NCBI GenBank assembly: GCA_030264375.1
Contig: JASCQW010000072.1
Location: forward strand, 70,990,992 to 71,054,991
DNA: 64,000 nt
Direction: 5' to 3'
From: Carcharhinus longimanus
Taxonomy: Eukaryota
Part shown: positions 38,986-52,800 of the stretch, in pieces
How the letters are laid out: each line of letters starts with the position of its first letter
How positions within the stretch are numbered: the stretch's first letter is position 1
Notes under the pieces: model-generated
The model's database searches: none
The model's input: the letters and a program-made list of their open reading frames with translations, nothing else
What the model was told of the DNA's origin: nothing
Translations under genes and position numbers: made by a program

Positions 38986-39835
38986 TTTTAAAAGATTCTA
39001 TCCCCGGGTTAAAAAGTGAAATGCATTTTCGTATTTTCTAAAGATGCAAATGGTGCTGCATGGAAAAAACTCGTAGAGTTTTATTTCATTCAACTTGAGA
39101 AGGTTCATATTGTGGTGGTGCCTTGGTTTATTTGCAAGAAGCGAAGTTTCTCTGGCAGTAACCTGACTGATGAATGCTGCATTGTCCTAGGACTTACCCT
39201 AGTACTTTCAACTGGGGAGTCTGCTTAGTGAGAGCACGAGAAATTTCCAACTGCATGAGCACTTTGAGAGCATTCACAGCGTCAGAAAAATAATAGATTG
39301 ATGATGAAAGCTTTTTTTAAAAAAATGAACCTTTTATTCTCCTATGCCAAGGTAATTGAATAAATATCTGNNNNNNNNNNNNNNNNNNNNNNNNNNNNNN
39401 NNNNNNNNNNNNNNNNNNNNNNNNNNNNNNNNNNNNNNNNNNNNNNNNNNNNNNNNNNNNNNNNNNNNNNNNNNNNNNNNNNNNNNNNNNNNNNNNNNNN
39501 NNNNNNNNNNNNNNNNNNNNNNNNNNNNNNNNNNNNNNNNNNNNNNNNNNNNNNNNNNNNNNNNNNNNNNNNNNNNNNNNNNNNNNNNNNNNNNNNNNNN
39601 NNNNNNNNNNNNNNNNNNNNNNNNNNNNNNNNNNNNNNNNNNNNNNNNNNNNNNNNNNNNNNNNNNNNNNNNNNNNNNNNNNNNNNNNNNNNNNNNNNNN
39701 NNNNNNNNNNNNNNNNNNNNNNNNNNNNNNNNNNNNNNNNNNNNNNNNNNNNNNNNNNNNNNNNNNNNNNNNNNNNNNNNNNNNNNNNNNNNNNNNNNNN
39801 NNNNNNNNNNNNNNNNNNNNNNNNNNNNNNNNNNN

Positions 39836-39905
<70 letters not shown>

Positions 39906-40760
39906 AGGGGGGGCAGATCTGTCGGTGCTGTTGGCGGTGTCTGCCTCTTTGTGTGTGTGTGTGTGTGTCTCTGTCTCGTCCTCCCCACTGGCAGTGCAGA
40001 GGGAGATGGGCTCTCGGCGGCGGCTGCTCCCACACTGAAAGGATGTGGCGCTTCCCCCTCAAGAAGATCCGCAAACAGTTCAAACTGCTGCTGCTGCTGG
40101 TCCTGCTCACCTTCGGCATCTGGTTCACATACCTGCACATCGCGGTGCTCAAGAGTGGCCGAGCGCTGAAGCTGCACCTCGCCTACGGACGCGGTGAGCT
40201 CCCTGATTGTAAAATACATTGACTAAATAAATAAACAAACTAATAATAACAAGCCGCACACTAGGCTACTGTACTGAAACCTTGAAGTAGTACTGGCTGG
40301 AAGTAGAACTTCAACGTGACAGCTGCGAGTGAAAAGAAAATTCGTAGTTGTTTGTTTAGTTAGTCTGAAATATACCAAATGGATTGAGGCAATCTAGCTC
40401 AAAGCCCTGCTAGTATTTCTAATTATACTTGTAAGTTATAAGCGTAAAAACCTTTTCAGGACATTGCTCAGAGCTGACACTATATGTTGATTGCATTGCG
40501 AGCGAAGTTTTTTGAAGTTTCCCTTTTTTAAAACTTTGGAAGCTACTGAATCTGCTGGAGCTTGACATTTAGACACTCGTTCAGATGCGACTTCACATCG
40601 GGGATGTGCAAGTTTTCTGTCCGTGTTGTGCGCGTTTTACGGGAGGAGATGGTGAAATTTGTTCTGACTAACTTATTATCAAGTGCAGTGTCACACCAAT
40701 ATATTTATATGTTGATTTGACGTGTCGGAGAAGATCGCGTCCAAACTGTGGTATTGACTG
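39906..40760. promoter_or_regulatory. CpG-rich region around the B4GALNT4 first coding exon (putative promoter/CpG island, partly in an assembly gap)
   Basis: Visibly more CpG than the depleted flanks; adjacent N gap 39371-39835; (GT)n at about 39950-39968. Confidence 0.55.
40043..40193 (+). CDS. B4GALNT4: First coding exon of beta-1,4-N-acetylgalactosaminyltransferase 4 (type II membrane anchor)
   Basis: Translates to MWRFPLKKIRKQFKLLLLLVLLTFGIWFTYLHIAVLKSGRALKLHLAYGR, closely resembling the vertebrate B4GALNT4 N-terminus as I recall it (xPVKKIRKQxKLLLLL...GRAL...YGR). Basic tail followed by a hydrophobic TM segment. Ends at a phase-1 donor CG|GTGAG at 40193/40194. CpG-rich. Confidence 0.88.
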
Positions 40761-42109
40761 TTACTGGAGACCGACAGAAACAACACAACAGTAGCTCTGT
40801 TAGCAGTGTTTGGAAGGTGACGAATTAACACCGAGAAATGTACCCTGGNNNNNNNNNNNNNNNNNNNNNNNNNNNNNNNNNNNNNNNNNNNNNNNNNNNN
40901 NNNNNNNNNNNNNNNNNNNNNNNNNNNNNNNNNNNNNNNNNNNNNNNNCTCCTTCACAGTTTTTAAGTTCTTCAGAAAGGGAGCGCGTGAGGCGGGGTGG
41001 GTGGGTAGGTGGGGGGGGGGGGGAATAAAATTGGAATACGGAATACTTTCCACTATATGCACTATAGGGATTCTAAGATTTTGTGGCTAAATCTCTCGAT
41101 GTGAAACTTATACATTTGACTTTATGGATGTCAGGCTGGAGAGATAGGAAGAAGTGAAAACATTTATTAATGCTGACTGTGTATCAGTGGGGGTGTGGAA
41201 GTCATACATGTCTAAGAATAATATTGTAACATCTTTATGTCTGTTGGAGTCAGCGGTCTTCACAGCATTATGTAATATGCTGCAGGTTTTTTTGTTGTCC
41301 GTCTTTCAATGTTTTTGATTAGTCTGAAAGCCCTCTGCAGCCTAAATGGGCGGCTCGTGTCAGATATCATTTCATGAATTTAGAGGACCGATTGTTCCAC
41401 AGGTACTGACAGCCCTCCAGTTAATATCGCCTTTAAAAAATAAGTTATTCTCCTTGTATGAAACTCGACACAATATTCTACTGTGGTTGCCACGGTGGAA
41501 GTGGATATGGCACCGAATCCAAGCTATTTCCTCACTGTCAACCTATCTATTTTCAGCAGAAGTTACTCGATATTGACAAGCAGTAGGATCCCTGATTAAT
41601 TCTCCTCCCACCCCCGGCACTGAAGTCAAACATAGTGCCTGCTGAAGCTGGAATCAGCAAACAGCACAAACCATGGATCCAACCTGGGATGTTCTAAAAG
41701 ATTCAACTGCATCCCCCAAATACATTTACCAGCCAGTGAGTGTCCTTCAACCTTTTAAGTTTATTTGGAAGATGTTTTCTGGCAGTGTCCATTAGCCAAC
41801 TTCACAAAATAAATTTGCCACAGGGCGCACTCATGATGCTGAGTATACATCCTAGAGCTGCAACTCCTGAAGCTCCAACTGCTGGCAGACGTCTGTATTT
41901 GCAGGAACGGCGATGTGCCACCCAGTCGTGTGGCGCTCCAAATGCCGAGCTGTGGGCCATACAGAGTATATTTGATACATGGCAGTTGGCAAACTGAAAA
42001 TATTTTTCACTTTTTTTCCCACATTTCACTTTTCAGCATTCGGTCGCATTTTATGACAATGCATAGTTGTGCGTGGACACTAAAGAGTTAGAACATTTTA
42101 AACATTGGG

Positions 42110-42270
42110 AAGGCTCGGTGGCCCTGTGAGTCGGAGCATTGTCATTTGACCTGACCTCTGGCTGAGAATTCAGCCCAGGCTGGTGGGAACAACCTCTTTC
42201 CATTATCTGCTATAATCCAGAATGAAACGCGTTTGAATACTCTCAGTCCAGTTCCTGATGGTTGGGTGTC
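42110..42270 (+). mobile_element. LF-SINE-like ancient SINE fragment
   Basis: aattcagcccaggctggtggg...tctcagtccagttcctgatgg resembles the LF-SINE consensus as I recall it. Confidence 0.4.
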
Positions 42271-45200
42271 TTAGTCTTCCCAAGCTTTTTGGCTAATGAA
42301 CCTCTCTCCTAAAATTTCTACTGTTGCACTGATCGTATTAAAGAACTCAATAATTTCTGATTTAGTTATGTGTCATGCTTCTCTGCATCGTTTGCTAAAA
42401 ATTTTATTCAACTATGGGATATGGGTGTTACAGGAAAGGCCAACATTTATTGCCTTGAGCTGAGTGGCTTGCCAGGCCACTTCAAGGGAATGCGGGGTGT
42501 TAATCAGACTATTGTGGAATTCAGGTCACACGTCTAGCTCAGACTTGAAACTATTGATTTAAAAAAATTCCAGCTGGAGTTTTACAAAAATCCAGGAGCT
42601 TCTTGGTCATCTTTACAGATGGCAACCTGTTATTTTTAGGTTTTAACCTTCCCCTCCCCCCAGCCTTTCAGAGTAACTGGTTACTTTGCTGTCAGCTTTG
42701 TTTCAGTATTGCATTTATAGCAACATTTCCTCCACTTCCTACAGATTGCAATTTTGTTCCCGAACACGCAGCTTTATTAAACTCCCTTCTGTCTATTTTG
42801 CATCCACTTGTTTTTATCGCTGCCATATGATTTTTCACACGCTTTCCTAAATATGCTATCAGCTTGTATTATTGAAACATTTCCCACCAAGTCTGGGTCC
42901 TCAGCCTCACTTAACCTCTCTCTGCTTTTTCAGTTGTTAGTAAACATTACCAGTGTATTCTGCTACCTGTTCCGTAATGATTTCCCTTTAAGTATTCTTC
43001 CTGTCTGAGCTCTCGCTGCTTAGTTCCCGTCCTGGACTTTATTGTTATGCAGATTTTCTATTTGGCAGTCTTCTCATTCCGTCTGATTTTTACGGGTGAC
43101 CTAATGTTTAATTACTTTTGCTTTCATCTGTCTTCTTTTTAATCCTGCTTCCCCCAATACAATTATTGATACATCTTTTGTTTTTGCCCAACTTTAACTG
43201 ACGTTTTATTTTGTGGCTCTTTGGCCCTTGTTGACTGACCTCATTGAACTTTAAAAATTATTTAACTCTCTTGGTACTCCCGATAGTCCAATCTTGTTTC
43301 CCTGCTTTGGAATGTTCTACCTGGGATTTACAGATGTCTGTGCCTTGTCACAACTGGAAGGAGGTGGTGGGGCTTGGGAGTTGGGCTATCTATTCCCTCC
43401 TGTTAATATCATTGTAAAACTAAGTGAAATACAGTGCAACAAATTTTTTTCAAAAATTTCTCAGGCAGCAGAACTTGATTTATGGAATAACCTAGATTTG
43501 ATAATAAAAAAAATTGAACAAGGATTACCGATTAAGAATACTTTGAGTCACAGAATGTTGGGTGGTATTTGCCATGTGTACAACCAATAAATCAGACTTG
43601 GCGGAAGTATTGCGCTCTGAATAATCACACATTAGCTTCTCCTGACTGCTTTCTGCACTCTCATTGCTGGGGATATGATTTCAAGGTGGTGATTTCATCT
43701 GGTCAGTTTGATTCCAATACATTAGGTGAGAAGATGGGACCTATTATGGACACAATGTATGCATGGCATTTCCATGCAAGTTATTTCTCAAAAAGGCAGC
43801 ACTTGGCACCTACATTAAACCATTTAATTTGCTAATGTCATTGATGAGTCCCAAAGAAAGTCTTGCCAACTAAGCTAGAGAGTGAGTGAATGAATGTGCA
43901 TNNNNNNNNNNATATTATTGTCTTCTGATAAATTAGGCTAGAGTATTGGAGGAGGTGATGAGTGATTACATCAAGATATGCAAACATAATCTCCATTTCA
44001 GTTTCCATTTTTAAAGGCATATATTCTGTCTTTGTTTTTATATTTTTAAGAGTAAATTAGTATTTCCAGAATAAATTGATCAGTTCACATTTATAATGGT
44101 AACTAGCTATGTAAATGCATTGCACTGTAACTATTTCTCCTTGCTAGAGTACTCAACTTCAAGGGACGTTACAATTAATCATTATGAAATGCTGTACAAT
44201 AATTAAAAACTTATTTTCCTTTGGGGAAATCTTTGAATTTCTGCTCAGCCATCTATTCGGTAGTCTCAAAACTTTGACAGATGGTTGACCTCTTAGCTGT
44301 GTTCAAAGTTTGTATTGGAATCTGTCCAGGATGATATGTTGACAAAGTTATTCAGTCATTATGAATGCTTGACTGCCTTTCAAACTACCAATGAATTCTA
44401 CTCAGCAGAGATTATTGACAACCATCCAGGGGAATGTGTTTATTTTCACAGATTTATGAGTGGTTCAAGGAGGAGTATTTTTTTAAATGGCAATTCAAAT
44501 AATGCTTCTTAAGTCTAACAAACTTTTGAACTTTTCAAGGAGGATTGTGGGTTTCCAAGTGGTTATTCAAATAATGTTTGTTTATATTGACAGATTTATG
44601 AGTTTTTCAAAGACTTCTAAATGTTGTTATAAAACTTGTNNNNNNNNNNTTAGGGTTCGGGATAGGGGTTGGGTTAGGGGTTTGGGGGTGTATTGGGGTT
44701 AAGGAGGTGTATCGGAGCATGAATGATTGAAAGGAGTAAGGCAGGAGGGGATTGGTAGAGATGGGAGTGTGAGGTTTCTCCTAAACCTCACACTGATTTC
44801 AAGAAGTAGGAGTGAGCAATTGGAGACAGGAGGTTTTAGTCTGGCCCCTTTGACACACACCTGCTTCAGTCTCAGTCTTTGGATTCCAGATTGACCACAT
44901 ATCTGCTAGATAAAATTGCACTGGTAAGTACTCCCAGGTTGTAGTTGGGATTGTTACATTAGCAAATCTCCGAACTCTTGATTCCCACCTCAATACTGAA
45001 AATCTGGTGTCTACCCTGTCAGTCCCACCACAATTTTGTATGTCTCAATGAGATCACCTTTGATTCTTCTAAACCCCTGAGGGTACATGTTGAATTTACT
45101 CAGATGCTCATCAGAGGACAGCCGTCTCAACTGAAGAACTAGGCCAACAAATCTTTGCTGAACTGCCTTCAAAGCAAATGTATCCTTCCTAAGAGGCCAA

Positions 45201-46229
45201 ACCTGTGCACAGCACTCCAGATTTCACCAAAGCCCTGTACAACTGTAGCAAGACTCACTTGTTTTTGTATCCTGGTCACTGCAACAAAATAAAGGAGATA
45301 TAAACATTGATCCGGTTTGATTCATTTTAATCTTTATGCTTAGCAGATTGTGCATACTATATAATCCTGTGCTTTCATCTATTTTGATGAATCCTTTCCA
45401 ATTTTATTTCCTGACCACTCATTATTGTTCTGTCCTAGTGCTCACTGATGTTGTTAGTGTATCCTTTGCTTGGGTATCAGTGTCTTTCCATTTATAACTG
45501 CCACCAACAATTTCCTTTTCAAAAAGCTTAGCCTAGCCCTTCCATACTCTCCAATATCTTCCCAAAATTTAATTTTTTTTTCTAATTTAGGATCTCCGTC
45601 TAAAATCTACCCCCTTGCCATTTAATCTATCATCCTTCCAATCCACTTGTTCATGCTAACCAAAACCATTGCCTTTTCTTTGATCCCAAGCTGAATTTCA
45701 AATCTTGCATTCTATCCAGCATCAAGGTTACAGAGATAGAAGAGGGGAGGCCATGGAGACTGTAGGAATGTAAAATGTTGCTTTTGTAGTTGAATTTGTG
45801 AACCCACACATTAGCCCACCTGATTCCTGTGATTCGATTCAGATATCTACATTATAATTTCTGTTCCATTCTGCTCATAATACTGAGATCATCATGAAGA
45901 AAGTTACCAATAATACTCTTTGTGATTATAACCATGTGATTGTTTTCCTTCCTTGCTCTCCTTTGGTTTCCAAAAGTATTGGACCATTCATTCCTCTCTG
46001 TCTCTTCTCCACCCTGCGATACTGCTCCACTTGGTTTAATTCACACCTGTGCCAAGGCGATCAGCACATCTCTGGAATGGCTTCTCTTCTCATCCTTTGG
46101 ATCATGCAGTATCCAGAATGCCCTCTTTGTTTCTCTCCTTATCCTCATTTGAATGGTAGCCCTCAACAATTATCTGTCGACATGGAGTCAGCTTCCATTT
46201 GAACCCAACTTCACTTTTCCACAGAAGAA

Positions 46230-46415
46230 CAAAGTACTGCAGATGTTAGAAGCCTGAAATTAAAAAAAAGTAGAAAATGCTGGAAGCACTTGACAATTCT
46301 GGCAGCATGTGTGTATGGAGAAATAGAATTAATATTGGAAGTTGATGACTTTTCATCAGAATGTACTCTGTGTGAGTGCTACCAGACTTGCTGATTATTT
46401 CCAGCATTTTCTGTT
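46230..46415. mobile_element. Older Penelope-like inverted-repeat remnant (second family)
   Basis: AGAAAATGCTGGAA...TTCCAGCATTTTCT inverted arms; decayed CTGATGAAAAGTCA on the minus strand. Confidence 0.45.
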
Positions 46416-46547
46416 CCATTCCATTTTTCCATCACTACCTCTTTGTTGTCAGATTGGATACTCAACACCAAATTATGATGAAACATTGAGAAGATTGAAA
46501 CTAGACTGCTCGACTCCTTTGCACCCAACCCGTTGACCAGTTGATTG

Positions 46548-47485
46548 TAGTGTGTCAAAATTCGCAAATGACACTAAGATGGGTGGAAGAGCAAAGTGTG
46601 CAGAGGACGCTGAATGTCTGCAAAGGGATATAGCTGATCTAAGTGAGTGGGCGATGGAGTACAATGTTGGTAAATGTGAGGTCATCCATTTTGGTAGGAA
46701 TAACAGCAAAATGGACTATTATTTAAATANNNNNNNNNNNNNNNNNNNNNNNNNNNNNNNNNNNNNNNNNNNNNNNNNNNNNNNNNNNNNNNNNNNNNNN
46801 NNNNNNNNNNNNNNNNNNNNNNNNNNNNNNNNNNNNNNNNNNNNNNNNNNNNNNNNNNNNNNNNNNNNNNNNNNNNNNNNNNNNNNNNNNNNNNNNNNNN
46901 NNNNNNNNNNNNNNNNNNNNNNNNNNNNNNNNNNNNNNNNNNNNNNNNNNNNNNNNNNNNNNNNNNNNNNNNNNNNNNNNNNNNNNNNNNNNNNNNNNNN
47001 NNNNNNNNNNNNNNNNNNNNNNNNNNNNNNNNNNNNNNNNNNNNNNNNNNNNNNNNNNNNNNNNNNNNNNNNNNNNNNNNNNNNNNNNNNNNNNNNNNNN
47101 NNNNNNNNNNNNNNNNNNNNNNNNNNNNNNNNNNNNNNNNNNNNNNNNNNNNNNNNNNNNNNNNNNNNNNNNNNNNNNNNNNNNNNNNNNNNNNNNNNNN
47201 NNNNNNNNNNNNNNNNNNNNNNNNNNNNNNNNNNNNNNNNNNNNNNNNNNNNNNNNNNNNNNNNNNNNNNNNNNNNNNNNNNNNNNNNNNNNNNNNNNNN
47301 NNNNNNNNNNNNNNNNNNNNNNNNNNNNNNNNNNNNNNNNNNNNNNNNNNNNNNNNNNNNNNNNNNNNNNNNNNNNNNNNNNNNNNNNNNNNNNNNNNAG
47401 ATCAGCCATGATCTTATTGAATGGTGGAACAGGCTCGAGGGGCCAGATGGCCTACTCCTGCTCCTAGTTCTTATGTTCTTATGTT
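46548..47485 (+). mobile_element. CR1 LINE 3' part spanning a gap
   Basis: SKFANDTKMGG...LQRDIADLSEW.MEYNVGKCEVIHFG; (ttcttatg)n tail. Confidence 0.85.
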
Positions 47486-49429
47486 CTCCCAAGCTGAACT
47501 GGATGGCAAGGAACATTGGTTTGAAACTGAGCTGAGTTTCAAACTGCATTTCCTACTTGATGTCAGTGCTGCCTATTTTTACTTGTTCAGTATCACCTGC
47601 CTCCCTTCCCAAGGCACTGCACTGTAGCTGAAATCCTTATCCACACTTCTGTCATACCAATAACTTTCTTCCAATAACTTTATAAGCTACACATAGCACA
47701 AACTTCAATTCATCCAAAACTTTTAACTTTCAGCCTATCTTGCAATCAGTGCTGCTTTCCCCCCTGTGAATTCTATGGGCTCCTTATTCTCTGTTGGTTT
47801 TTTAATTTGTTTACAGGTTCTTCAGGGTCCTTCCCATTAGTCCAGTGTGAAACATTACCATCCACCTTGCCCCTCCACCCCACACTGGATTGTTAATAAG
47901 TATGTGAGATTTGTTGTCCTTACTGTATTGAACCCCGGGCAACAGAAAGTGAAAAAGGCCCATCACACAAGACATCACCAAAGTCAAAAGGAATCAAACT
48001 GAAAATGAGATACATTGACACTATTCAGCCACTAGTTGTTAAACTTAAATTTTCAAAGACGGCTGACTAAGGAGGGAAGGAAGACAGATGGAGGTATGGT
48101 ACGTTACACCTCTGCTCTGGAGCTATGCAGTCATCACTGGCAATGTGATAGTCTCTACCAGAACTGTTAACTTCGGAATATTTTGCTGCCTTTCCAGCCT
48201 TCCCTCCACTAGAAGGAAGGTAAAAGCCCAATTAATGAGTTGTAAAGCTTTCAGCACGTGTGTGACTCACTCCGTCAGTGTGCAAATAGGATAGTTATTA
48301 AATCTAAACCAGAATGTTAATATAAGAACACAATGCTAGCTAGGCAGTGTGCTGTATTAATTAAGAAACCACAATGAGTCCAAGGGAGTCTTTGATGATG
48401 AATTAGCTACAACAGAAGTGACTGAAGCCTTAATTAAAATCTCGTCCTTAGAATGGATGGTGTTAGACTGCAGTAATAGATATGAAGAACATTATTAACA
48501 TTAAAAACCAAGAGTTCACATAAGAGTGTTTCTGTTGTTTGACATTGTGGGAATATTTTGTCATTTTAATTGTGACTTGCAGTTTTTTAATGTCAACGAA
48601 TATGGATGTAGGACTGATTTTTAGTGAGGACTAAAGTTTCATCTTTGGGACCTCATGAGTTTAGCTCCTTGATGGGATGAAAGTCTCAGCAGGCTGTAAG
48701 GTTTCTATATTAAATGATTTTGAACTAACTTAGCCCAGTCCCAGTTACTGTGGTTCCACAACATGAGTTACTCATAATTCAGCATTAATTGGCAGTTTGG
48801 TATTATCGTAAAAATGGCTGGCATGGGAAATGGAAATATCCCATGTAGTGAAGATTAGTCTTCTAAGTTTGCATTTGTCTACAATTATAGCAGTGACTAA
48901 ACTTCAAAAGCACTTAATTAGCTATGTTTGGGATATCCTGAGGATGCTTCCTTTTTGTTAAAAGAAGACACACTGCTGAGGGTATTGAGGGAATTTTCAT
49001 CTGTACCTGAATTTCAAGTGGTACTGAATGCCACAAGTAGAAAAACTGCTTCTATCCCAGCACTGACCTTTTTTTGTCAATAAGCACAGTAAAGTAAGAT
49101 CCAGTATTAACTAACGTTAGAGCCAGTTAAAAGGCATCAGATTAAATCTGATTAAATGAGGAATGTTTGCATTCAGTGAGTGGAGGTTTCTCACCAATCA
49201 ATTATATCTGACACTGGAGTTGTCTGTGTGTGTTGTTCTGGGCAGAAAGAACTGATGATATGCAAAGAGATGGTGGCAAGTGCACACGTGACATCTTGTA
49301 AAAACCCATGGGAAAGTGAAGAGAAAGTGATAAGTGGACAGCCAGGAGGATATTAGCAATCACAATAATCCTATTCAGTGTACTGTTAAGATATGAAGTG
49401 TCATTTGTCTATCTTGCCTGTTCTGGTAC

Positions 49430-49805
49430 AGTCATATAATTTCTTTCAATACAACACCCAGGTCCTCTGCATATTACTGCTGCTCTGTTACCCTTCTGCT
49501 CTACAACTCTCAGAAACCTCTAGCTTTTCTCTAAATCTGGCCTCTTATCTATTTCCCTCGTCCTAACATTTAGGGCTTTCTGGACCCTAAGCTCTGAAAT
49601 TTCCTCCTTAAATCTCTCCCTCTCTCTCTTCCTTTAAGATCCTTTTTTGAAACCTACAGATTTAATCAAGTTTTTTGTTTGGTTGCCTGTCCTAATGTTT
49701 TGTTAATTAGTTTGGTGTCAATTTTGATCTGATTATGCTCCTGCAAAGCACATTGGGATTTTTCCATGCGCACTAAAAACACAATATTAATGCAATATGA
49801 TGTAA
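49430..49805 (+). mobile_element. L2 LINE 3' end
   Basis: cctaagctctgaaatttcctccttaaatctctcc...tcctttaag...aaacctac; same tail at 15790-15965. Confidence 0.6.
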
Positions 49806-52800
49806 TGGTTGCAAAAAAAAATTATCATCGCAAAAAATGAACTGGGAACGGCCAACATGGCTTCAGTTAAATTAATACCCGCCAGTTGGGTGGGCATTTG
49901 ATATTTAAATTGATTCAAAATGATTTTTTCTAAACATCATTGATATTTTGATTGATACAGGTGATGAAAAATTTATTACAATTCATCAGGATCTGGCCAG
50001 GGAAAAATCACTTTGTCCATAATTATTTCCAGTAATTTGATCTTCACAAATTTTACTCTAACCCTTAGTTCAGAAGACAGGAAACAAAATTAAATGGTAT
50101 TCATTTTACCCTGCCGTCTGCTGTTTCTAAACTGCTTGGAAAACAAAGTTTAAACTCTGTGCAGAATCATTATTATTCCGTAATGACTTGCTAGGTTCTG
50201 CCCTTCAGAAAGTTCAGTTGTTCCTGAGTCACGATGGACACATTCAGCAGCTTGCAGAGGACTGTTCTACGTGAATTCACATGGTGCTTGGATTGACATT
50301 TCCATAAACTGGGGAAAAATAGCCAATTTGTAGTAATTTTGCTTTGCAGCTTGCTTAATTAGCAATTCAATTTAAACAATAAAAATGCTGGATAATAAAT
50401 TGATTCAGCACTGAATTGATACATGAAAGAACTTAAATTTTAAAATTTAAAATTCCAGTCTCAAAGTGCAAAGAAGTGGATTTGACTGTGCTGTGCTGAG
50501 TATCAAAAATGGATAATTAGGGAATATTTTATACTGGGGAAGGACATTGACACAATTTATGAAAATGGAAAGTTAATTAATTATACAATAATTATACAAC
50601 AGTAATAGGGAACCCGCCGTTTTCATTTTCCATTGATATTGCTCAGCATCATTGTCATTCATTGTGAGAAACTATAACATTTGAAATAAATCCTTCTAAT
50701 TTCACCCACATCAAGGAATGACCTGCTCAAGGCTCAGCCTGCCAGAAGTCATGATATAGTGTGTTTGGAAAGTGTCCAATCAATTTTCTTTCGTGTTTTA
50801 CAACCTTCCATTTCTTTTACAACATAAATAAAGAGAAGAAAGGAAGACTTGCATTTATATAGCACCTTTCATTACCTCAGGACAACCGAGACTGCCGTAG
50901 AGCTAATGAAATACTTTTGAAGAGTAATCTTCATAGAATAGTAACACAGTAGGAGGCTATTTGGACCATTATGTCGGTGTCAACTCACTGAAAAAGTTAC
51001 CAATTAATTTCATCATCCTGCTCTTTTCTTACAGCACTGATAATGTTTCCTTTCTAAATAGAAATTCAATTCCCTTATGAAAGTTGCTATTGAATTAGTT
51101 TCCACCTTCAAGATCATACAACCCATTTAATAGAAACAACATTCATTTATTCACCCCAGTCTTTTTGCTGATTATTTTACATATGTATCCATTGATTGCT
51201 CTGCCATTTGCCAGTGGCAGTAATTTTACTGAATATACTCTGTCTAAAACACCTCCTAATTTTGAACACCTCTATTAAATACCCCCTTAACCTTCTCTAG
51301 TCTAAGGAGAATAATCCCAGTTTCCTAACCTCCCTCCAGAAAACCAAAACTCCCCATCCTTGGTACCATTCTGGTGAATCTTCTCTGCACCCTTTAAAAG
51401 ATCTTGATGTATGTTAACGACTATATAATGTTTTTCAGTGATGTGGTTAACGGATAGAATATTAGAAATGAAAGTAATTTAAAAAATTAAACAGTACCTT
51501 TGATTGTACTACAGTGAGGTGCTAGCTTTATCTTGTGCTCAATTTTCTGGAGTTGAGCTAGGTGCAACAACCTTCTGGTTCAGATTTGAGAGTGCAGCCA
51601 ATTCAGCAACTTGTGCTAATTGCAATTATATTGCCAGTGCACGCAGAAGGGGTATGAGACTGCTATCCTTCATTGGTTTCAATTCTGCCCAAATATGTGG
51701 AATTGAGCTGGGCAAGCATGTGAACCAACAAAACTTGATGAAACTGCTTCATATTGATACAAACTGTAGCTTAAGTGAGTCACCTTTACTTTGATGGAAC
51801 AAACCTCCTGATATGATTAATTTCCTAAGATTGAAGTGACATTTAGTAACTGAACTTTAAACTTGAGACTTTTTTTTCCATTACAATCTTCATTTATATA
51901 TAACTGTGATAGGACATGACGTGCAGTGATAGAAAGATTGCATACTTTCCTGATCATAAGATTTTTAAGTTTCAAATATATTTTTGTGCTGAATTAATTC
52001 AATTTTCCTTAATATCCAGGAATGTATTAATTTGTTTCCAAGAACATTGTTTTGTGAAGTTCAAATAATTTCCATAGTTCATTTGGAGCCTTGTTAATCA
52101 TTGTCCATTAACCTGTCAATTTTTGAGGACATTATTACTGGGAGATAATGTTGAAAAGGTGTGTGTGCGAATTGAGTTTGAAATTTCCAAAAGGGCTGCT
52201 CAATAAATCAGCCTTTCATTGATTTCCATGCTGGGTGGCATGAATAAATAGTGACAACTCAATTGCCAGCTCTGCCTGAGAGCTGCGCTTAAAGACATTG
52301 AAATAATGAGCACTGCATTGTACTTGATAATAATAAAAGAAATTCACAATGCGTTTTGATGCTGGGTCAACAAATGCAAGAAATATGAAAGTTGGAATAA
52401 CCAGAAAATAATGATTCTGGAACATCTCATTTTAAACTGAACTGAATACAATTGAAAAGTTTTGAAGACAGATTTGAAAAGGTTCTTAGCTAACGAGTTG
52501 AGTTCTTCTAGCTGCCTTTCATTTGGTTGTATATCTTTCACTCTGACTAATATTTGCAGCAAACTTTATGTAAATCCAACATTTGTTTATTACCTTTTGG
52601 CAAATTATAATGAAATGCACAGACATGAAAAATCATGGGGGAGAAAGTCCCAACAAACCCATTCTTTTAAAAGATCCATGCTCTCATAAACTGCGACAAC
52701 CTCAGTGTGAGAGAAGATTGTGTAAAAAAATGTCCCTGCTGTGCCTCTCAACAACATCTTGCACTTATGCTATGTCTTCAGCATAAGACATATTCCAAGG

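Noticed and set aside
39317-40222. Long 270-300 aa ORFs with poly-G/poly-P
   Set aside because: Produced by the N gap and a 70-nt poly-C run next to it, probably a sequencing artefact; only 40043-40193 is credible coding sequence
44650-44700. Interstitial telomere-like G-rich run
   Set aside because: Only about two TTAGGG matches in a degenerate run next to a gap
46552-47549. 228-327 aa ORFs
   Set aside because: Mostly N; the flanks are CR1 sequence
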